Part shown: in pieces, positions 26,798 to 32,000 of the stretch
Layout of the letters: each line of letters opens with the position of its first letter
How positions within the stretch are numbered: the first letter of the stretch is position 1
Assembly: GCF_000018305.1 (NCBI RefSeq)
Contig: NC_009954.1
Span: 1,260,001 to 1,292,000, forward strand
Reading direction: 5' to 3'
Length of the DNA stretch: 32,000 bases
DNA from: Caldivirga maquilingensis IC-167
Lineage (GTDB): Archaea; Thermoproteota; Thermoprotei; Thermoproteales; Thermocladiaceae
Notes under the pieces: model-generated
Database searches by the model: none
What the model was told of the DNA's origin: nothing
What the model saw: the letters and a program-made list of their open reading frames with translations, nothing else
Translations under genes and position numbers: made by a program

Positions 26798-29644
26798 GTG
26801 AACGCTTTAATGAATGTTCCTGAGTCAGTAATATTCATTGTTATTTTAACAATCACCTCAGCGTTAATCACTAATGCTCAATCAGCCGCCTGCTGGTACT
26901 ATTGGCCTAACGTTAACGTTAACCTTGGTCAAGGATTACTGGTTAAGGTAATGAACGGGTCCTATAACCTATACGTATTCACACCAACCCAGTACGCTAA
27001 GTGGAGTAGCGGCAGCGGTGGGTACGCCGTATACGCAGGTAGCGTTACTGTGGGTGCCTACCTTGTACGCATCCCCCCTGGTTCATACTACGTGGTGCTC
27101 TACCCCACTCAATGCGGCAGCATCGTTAACGCCGGTATTAATGTTATTGGTTTAGCCCCAACGGGTTTATCATCAATAATACCCATCAACACCACTGCGG
27201 TTTTAGGCTACTTCAATATAAGTATTATTAGGGCTTGGAATGCAAGCTACACCGCAGTCAACGTACTAAGGGTACCTAAGAGTAGTGCCAGTCTTCAATT
27301 AAATGCAGTAGTGCGAGTTGAGTTAATTAATGGTAGTTTCCAGGAGTATTGGCTTCAAGATGCTTTAATCTTCATTACGAGTAATGGAGTCTTCAGTGTT
27401 GCTGATAATGTCTGGAACGCCACTGCCCCTGGGGCTAATGTATCAAGCAGCTTAATCACTGGACTAGGTAGGGTTTACAATGCCGTGGGCGTTAGCCAGG
27501 AGTATTACGGGTACGTGGGTAATTTAACTAGGTACCAGTTACCTTTATCAGGTTACCTTGAGGTTAACGTAACCTTAATTAACGATTCAGTGGTGGTTAT
27601 GTTCGGTTACGCAATAGTGAGGAATGGAAGCACCTACGCACCACCGGTAATTAAGTGGTTTGATAACGTGACCCTGGGGATTAAGGCTAAGGATGCGTTA
27701 ATAGTAACTACCCCATATGAGGAGACGGGTGGTGGATACGCGTATGATGTTGAGTTAGTCTTTGGGGGAGGCTTTAATGGTGAGCAAACCACCTTTGAGA
27801 GCCTTAATGCTCAATTAGCCGTAATGCACTGGAGTGGATCTGGTTGGGTACCTTATAGTCAAGTCTATAACTTCGGCATGAACACTGGGGAATCAGCAAC
27901 AGACCTAGTGACCTCAATATCAAGTAACGGTAATGTGCAAGTCACCGTGGGTATACCATACTACGGTGAGTTAACCAATGACTTCAAACCAACCATACCC
28001 ACAAGCTTCATTGAGGTCATTTACCCAAACAGCACTGTGAAAGGCTTCTACACGTTCAAAGAAACCACAGTAACCTTGCCCAGGGTGATAATTAGTAATG
28101 GTGTCACCTACATCTTCAAAGGCATTGATGAGTCATGTAATGGGGCAACGCGATTAATTAGAAATAACTCAGCAACAGTGACCCCAAGCATTAACGCGTT
28201 CTCAACATGCGTTATAAGGGGGAATTATAGTACGTACTTCTTATTGAGACTTAAGTCACAATACCCCATTAATATTACCCTGGTTAATGGCACATTCACA
28301 GTAACTAATATGGAGAGCTGGTTACCTGCAAACTCATCACTGGTGATTAGGGTTAAGGCAATCTACCCACTCAGTAACTTAACGAGGGTTAAGACTATTA
28401 ATGAGACTTTAATTAACATGACTGTTAGGGAGCCGTTAAACTTAACCATTGAGTGGATTAGGCAGTATTTTGTCAGGGTTATGAGTATTGTCCCAATTAA
28501 TGTTAATGGTTCATTAACATTAAGTTACTTTAACTGGATTAACAACGGCTCTGTCTTGGAGTTATCAATACCAAGCTTCATGTACTTCAATAATGGGAGT
28601 AGGTTAATGGCCTTGAATAAATCCAGGGTAATTATAGTGGTTACGCATCCATTAAACATCACTACGTCATGGGTTAGGCAGTACTTAGTTAACATTAGTA
28701 GCATTGCCCCAATTCTAATTAACGGTAATTACTCAATTAATTATGTTCAGTGGATTAATTCAGGCAGTATCATTAACGTGACTGTGCCTAAGTACTATTA
28801 CCTTAACGGTAGTGTAAGGTTAATGGCGCTTAATTCATCAATTTTAATAACAGTTAATAACCCCATTAAGGCCACTGTAAAGTGGGTTAGGCAGTACTTG
28901 ATTGAAGTTAATAGTATTGTCCCCGTAATGGTGAATGAGTCTCAATTAACCTCATTAATTAATTGGCTTAATGAATCAAGCACATTAATTATTAATGCGC
29001 AGCCTCAATACTACTTCAATAATGGAACCAGGTTAATCCTACTTAATTCAAGCGAAATTAAAGTAATCATCAATAAGCCACTTAACCTAACCATTGAGTG
29101 GGTTAGACAATATTTGGTTAATGTAACCAGTTCAGCACCATTAATGGTAAATGACACCTTAGTGAAGTCAATACAGGATTGGTTTAACTCAAGTTCATTA
29201 CTCAATATTACGCTTACAATTCAATACTTCAATAATGGAACCAGGTTACTTCCCTTAAACTCCTCATTAATCCTCATTAAGGTTAATAAGCCTCTTAACC
29301 TGACTGTTAACTGGGTTAGGCAGTACTTAGTTAATTTAACAAGCCCAATAGCCTTAAACATTAACGGCACTGTGTCTAGGAATTACTCCAGATGGATTAA
29401 CGCTAGTGATTTAATAATCCTAAATGGGCCGCTTAGGATTCTTGAAGTTAATTTAACCATAATTAAATTAGCCTCCGTATCAATTAATGGTCAGCTTCAC
29501 TACTCATTGCCAATTAACCTGACGGTTAATGAACCCTTAATGATTAAGGTTAATTGGGTTAGGGATTACATAGTCTACTATTCATTGGTATTATTAGTGA
29601 TTGTTATTGTATTAATCCTGGTTGCTTCACGCCGTGGTGGTTAA
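26798..29644 (+). CDS. thermopsin-like (peptidase A5) surface glycoprotein with C-terminal tandem repeat array and membrane anchor
   Basis: EYWLQD, ADNVWNAT and YDVELVFGGGFNGEQTTF blocks resemble Sulfolobus thermopsin. Signal-like N-terminus, ~50 N-x-S/T sequons (hand count), and a C-terminal hydrophobic span followed by RRGG. The likely true start is the ATG at 26810, 9 nt after GGAGGTG. Confidence 0.8.
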   Translation: MNALMNVPESVIFIVILTITSALITNAQSAACWYYWPNVNVNLGQGLLVKVMNGSYNLYVFTPTQYAKWSSGSGGYAVYAGSVTVGAYLVRIPPGSYYVVLYPTQCGSIVNAGINVIGLAPTGLSSIIPINTTAVLGYFNISIIRAWNASYTAVNVLRVPKSSASLQLNAVVRVELINGSFQEYWLQDALIFITSNGVFSVADNVWNATAPGANVSSSLITGLGRVYNAVGVSQEYYGYVGNLTRYQLPLSGYLEVNVTLINDSVVVMFGYAIVRNGSTYAPPVIKWFDNVTLGIKAKDALIVTTPYEETGGGYAYDVELVFGGGFNGEQTTFESLNAQLAVMHWSGSGWVPYSQVYNFGMNTGESATDLVTSISSNGNVQVTVGIPYYGELTNDFKPTIPTSFIEVIYPNSTVKGFYTFKETTVTLPRVIISNGVTYIFKGIDESCNGATRLIRNNSATVTPSINAFSTCVIRGNYSTYFLLRLKSQYPINITLVNGTFTVTNMESWLPANSSLVIRVKAIYPLSNLTRVKTINETLINMTVREPLNLTIEWIRQYFVRVMSIVPINVNGSLTLSYFNWINNGSVLELSIPSFMYFNNGSRLMALNKSRVIIVVTHPLNITTSWVRQYLVNISSIAPILINGNYSINYVQWINSGSIINVTVPKYYYLNGSVRLMALNSSILITVNNPIKATVKWVRQYLIEVNSIVPVMVNESQLTSLINWLNESSTLIINAQPQYYFNNGTRLILLNSSEIKVIINKPLNLTIEWVRQYLVNVTSSAPLMVNDTLVKSIQDWFNSSSLLNITLTIQYFNNGTRLLPLNSSLILIKVNKPLNLTVNWVRQYLVNLTSPIALNINGTVSRNYSRWINASDLIILNGPLRILEVNLTIIKLASVSINGQLHYSLPINLTVNEPLMIKVNWVRDYIVYYSLVLLVIVIVLILVASRRGG
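28236..29572 (+). repeat. in-frame tandem repeats of ~213-216 nt (71-72 aa), 5 clear units plus degenerate flanking units, each bounded by W-(V/I)-R-Q-Y
   Basis: Repeat-boundary Trp codons lie at 28454, 28670, 28883, 29099, 29312 and 29555. There are exact 23-24 nt matches between units. Confidence 0.85.
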
Positions 29645-29681
29645 TTTTAAATTTGTTCACAATTAGTCTTTATATTAATCT

Positions 29682-29695
29682 ATTTTCAATTTTTC
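29682..29695 (+). terminator. T-tract candidate terminator downstream of the thermopsin-like gene
   Basis: TATTTTCAATTTTTC contains T4 and T5 runs within 50 nt of the stop codon. Archaeal termination typically uses oligo-T tracts. Confidence 0.3.
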
Positions 29696-29760
29696 GTTAT
29701 TAAGTGATTGAATGACGCATAACACTGCTTCGCGTAGAAAGGCTTAAAAGAGGTTCATAC

Positions 29761-31347
29761 ATGTGGTGTATGTATATGTCTGATGTTGCCTTTGAATCCC
29801 TTACGCCGGCTGAATGGTTTAGGCGTAATAAGGAGATTGCTGGGTTCTCAAGCCCAAGCAGAGCAATGTACCAGACTGTTAGGGAGCTTATTGAGAATGC
29901 CCTAGACGCCACTGAGAACCACGGCATACTACCCTCTATTAAGGCTTCAATAAGGTATGTTGATAAGGATAAGGACCTTTACTCCATATACGTTGAGGAT
30001 AACGGTATAGGTATCCCGGAGGAGGAGATACCTAACGTCTTCGGTCAAATATTCTACAGCTCCAAGTATAAGATTAAGCAGCATAGGGGTATTTTTGGCC
30101 TTGGAGCTAAGATGGTTGTCCTCTATGCCCAATCCACCTCAGGAATGCCTGTGAGGGTTACTAGTTCAATGAAGGGTTCCCAATACATATACACTTATGA
30201 AATTAGTATTGATACGGTTAAGAATAAGCCAGTAATACACAGTCACGTTAGGGTTGAGAATAAGTATGGTTGGCACGGCACGGCGGTTAAGGTTGTACTG
30301 GAGGGTAATTGGCAGTACGCTAAGAGTAGGATTGAGGAGTACTTCACTAGGACAGCCATGATAACCCCATACGCTGAAATAATACTCATTGAGCCTAATA
30401 ACGAGGTCCTCAGGTTCAATAGAATAACCACAATAATGCCTAAACCCCCTGTGGAGGGTTTACCACACCCAAGTAGTATTGACCTTGAGTCCCTTAAACA
30501 GTTAATCAGTAGGAACAGTGACATACCGTTGATTGACTTCCTTAAGGAGAACTTCGACGGCATTGGTGATGAGACTGTTAGGGAATTCATGAAGACTGTG
30601 GGCATTAGGGCTAGTAAGCATGTTAAGAGGCTTAGTGAGTCTGAGTTAAGGTTACTTGCCGAGAAGATGAGGCAGTTCAATGGCTGGAGGAGGCCTAGGG
30701 CTGATTGGCTCTCCCCCATTGGTGAGAAGATACTGGCAAATGGTATACTCCACGTCCTTAAACCTGAGGCCGTCTTCGTGACCACTAGGAAGCCATCCTC
30801 ATACTCAGGTCACCCATTCATTGTTGAGGCAGCCATAGCCTGGGGTGGGTCAATAATGCCTGTGGATAAGCCCATACTATACAGGTACGCTAATAAAGTG
30901 CCTCTACTTCAGGATGAGGGTAGTGACGTGATTAGGCATGTTATTGATGAAGTTGATTGGAGTCAATATAAGGTTAAGTTCCCAGCGCCATTGGCGGTGG
31001 TGGTTCACGTATGCTCAACTAAGATACCCTACGCCTCAGCTGGTAAGGAGGCCATTGCTGATGTTCCTGAAATTGAAAAGGAGGTTAGGTTAGCTGTTAG
31101 GGAAGTGGCCAGGAAGCTTAAGGTTTACTTAGCTAGGAAGGAGAAGGAGCAGGAATTATTAACCAAGTACGCCATACTTAGGCTATACACTGATGAAGTA
31201 TCCTCAGCCCTATCCTTCGTGTCTGGGGTTGATGAAAACGTGATTAAGGGTAAGCTCGAGGAATTAATTAAGAGGAAGCTTGGCCTAGACATAAGGGCTG
31301 GGCCACCGGCAATCACCAGTGAGGTGGGCAATGTTGCGGTTGCTTAA
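29761..31347 (+). CDS. top6B: DNA topoisomerase VI subunit B
   Basis: Bergerat-fold motifs ELIENALDA, EDNGIGIP and GIFGLGAKM; size ~525 aa. The TATA-like CTTAAAAG at 29743-29750 favours a leaderless start at ATG 29770 or 29776 rather than 29761. Confidence 0.93.
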   Translation: MWCMYMSDVAFESLTPAEWFRRNKEIAGFSSPSRAMYQTVRELIENALDATENHGILPSIKASIRYVDKDKDLYSIYVEDNGIGIPEEEIPNVFGQIFYSSKYKIKQHRGIFGLGAKMVVLYAQSTSGMPVRVTSSMKGSQYIYTYEISIDTVKNKPVIHSHVRVENKYGWHGTAVKVVLEGNWQYAKSRIEEYFTRTAMITPYAEIILIEPNNEVLRFNRITTIMPKPPVEGLPHPSSIDLESLKQLISRNSDIPLIDFLKENFDGIGDETVREFMKTVGIRASKHVKRLSESELRLLAEKMRQFNGWRRPRADWLSPIGEKILANGILHVLKPEAVFVTTRKPSSYSGHPFIVEAAIAWGGSIMPVDKPILYRYANKVPLLQDEGSDVIRHVIDEVDWSQYKVKFPAPLAVVVHVCSTKIPYASAGKEAIADVPEIEKEVRLAVREVARKLKVYLARKEKEQELLTKYAILRLYTDEVSSALSFVSGVDENVIKGKLEELIKRKLGLDIRAGPPAITSEVGNVAVA

Positions 31348-31404
31348 GCGCTTACTCGTGTTACATTAGTAAAGCGTAAAACACCCAGGCTTAAGTACTG
31401 GTTG

Positions 31405-32000
31405 ATGAGGCTACTTGAGTATAAGGGTAAGGAGATACTGGCTAAGTATGGTGTAAGCGTGCCTAAAGGTGTTGTAATCAGTAGCGTGAGCGACATTGAT
31501 AAGAGTAACCTAAAGTACCCAGTATTCGTTAAGTCCCAGGTACCCTTCGCAGGTAGGGCTAAGATGGGGCTTGTTAAGAGGGCTAATAATAAGGATGAGG
31601 CTAAGCAAATAGCTTCAGAGTACTTGGGTAAGGTTATTCAGGACTTTGAGGTTAAGAAGGTTCTACTTGAGGAGGGGGTTGATGTTGTTAAGGAGTACTA
31701 CGTCTCAGTAACCATAGATAGATCCAGTAGGACATTCATAATCCTGGCCTCACCTGAGGGTGGGGTTGATATAGAGGAGATAGCTAGGACAAGTCCTGAG
31801 AAAATATACAGGGGTAGGATCCATCCCTTTGAGGGTCTTAGGGACTACACTGTTAACGCTATTAATAAGTTCATGGGCTTCACAGGGGAGTTAGCCTCAA
31901 AATTCGCCTCACTCCTTAGAATAATGTACAACGTGTTTGAAACTTATGATGCTGAATTAGTGGAGATTAATCCACTTGCCTTAACAAGGGACGGTAACTT
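31405..32000 (+). CDS. sucC: succinyl-CoA synthetase beta subunit, N-terminal ~198 aa (continues past window end)
   Basis: Absent from the ORF track because there is no stop codon in the window. My translation is MRLLEYKGKEILAKYGVSVPKGVV...EYYVSVTIDRS...AELVEINPLALT, which matches the ATP-grasp N-terminus of SucC. Confidence 0.9.
   Translation, partial: MRLLEYKGKEILAKYGVSVPKGVVISSVSDIDKSNLKYPVFVKSQVPFAGRAKMGLVKRANNKDEAKQIASEYLGKVIQDFEVKKVLLEEGVDVVKEYYVSVTIDRSSRTFIILASPEGGVDIEEIARTSPEKIYRGRIHPFEGLRDYTVNAINKFMGFTGELASKFASLLRIMYNVFETYDAELVEINPLALTRDGN

Noticed and set aside
1-32000. Looked for CRISPR arrays, IS/transposase or integrase genes, toxin-antitoxin pairs and other defence-island signatures
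   Set aside because: I found no regularly spaced direct repeats outside the protein-coding repeat at 28236-29572. I found no transposase, integrase, nuclease or cas-like motifs in any ORF. The tRNA-Asp gene has no adjacent integrated element or duplicated 3' half.

Overview
This window looks like a densely packed archaeal chromosomal segment. Archaeal hallmarks are a TATA-box binding protein, topoisomerase VI subunit B, a split GMP synthase (guaAA/guaAB), a thermopsin-type protease, a box C/D guide RNA, and TATA-like boxes about 25-30 nt upstream of many start codons (leaderless-style promoters). Taken together these suggest a thermoacidophilic crenarchaeon, but I cannot name the species from sequence alone. 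Left to right, the housekeeping and transport genes are: the 3' part of ileS, a conserved hypothetical, tRNA-Asp(GUC), a box C/D sRNA absent from the ORF track, an MFS transporter, a zinc-ribbon membrane protein, a B3/B4-domain protein, guaAB and guaAA, a lone FlaI/VirB11-type secretion ATPase, a flippase-like membrane protein, tbp with an abutting unknown Cys-rich ORF, a divergent Nramp-type transporter, a CinA-like protein and an ABC-2 exporter pair. The carbohydrate-related and remaining genes follow: GT4 and GT2 glycosyltransferases separated by a decayed-looking stretch, a minus-strand glycoside cluster (GH3 with PA14 insert, alpha/beta esterase, GH4), a 948-aa thermopsin-like surface protein with a tandem repeat array, top6B, and the 5' part of sucC (also missing from the ORF track). 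I found no CRISPR array, transposase/IS element, integrase or recognisable multi-gene defence system. The best second-look candidates are the thermopsin-repeat surface glycoprotein with its structured GC-rich leader, the C/D sRNA, the palindromic TATA element in front of tbp, and the unknown ORF abutting tbp. All functional calls rest on motifs I recognise by eye; no database search was run.
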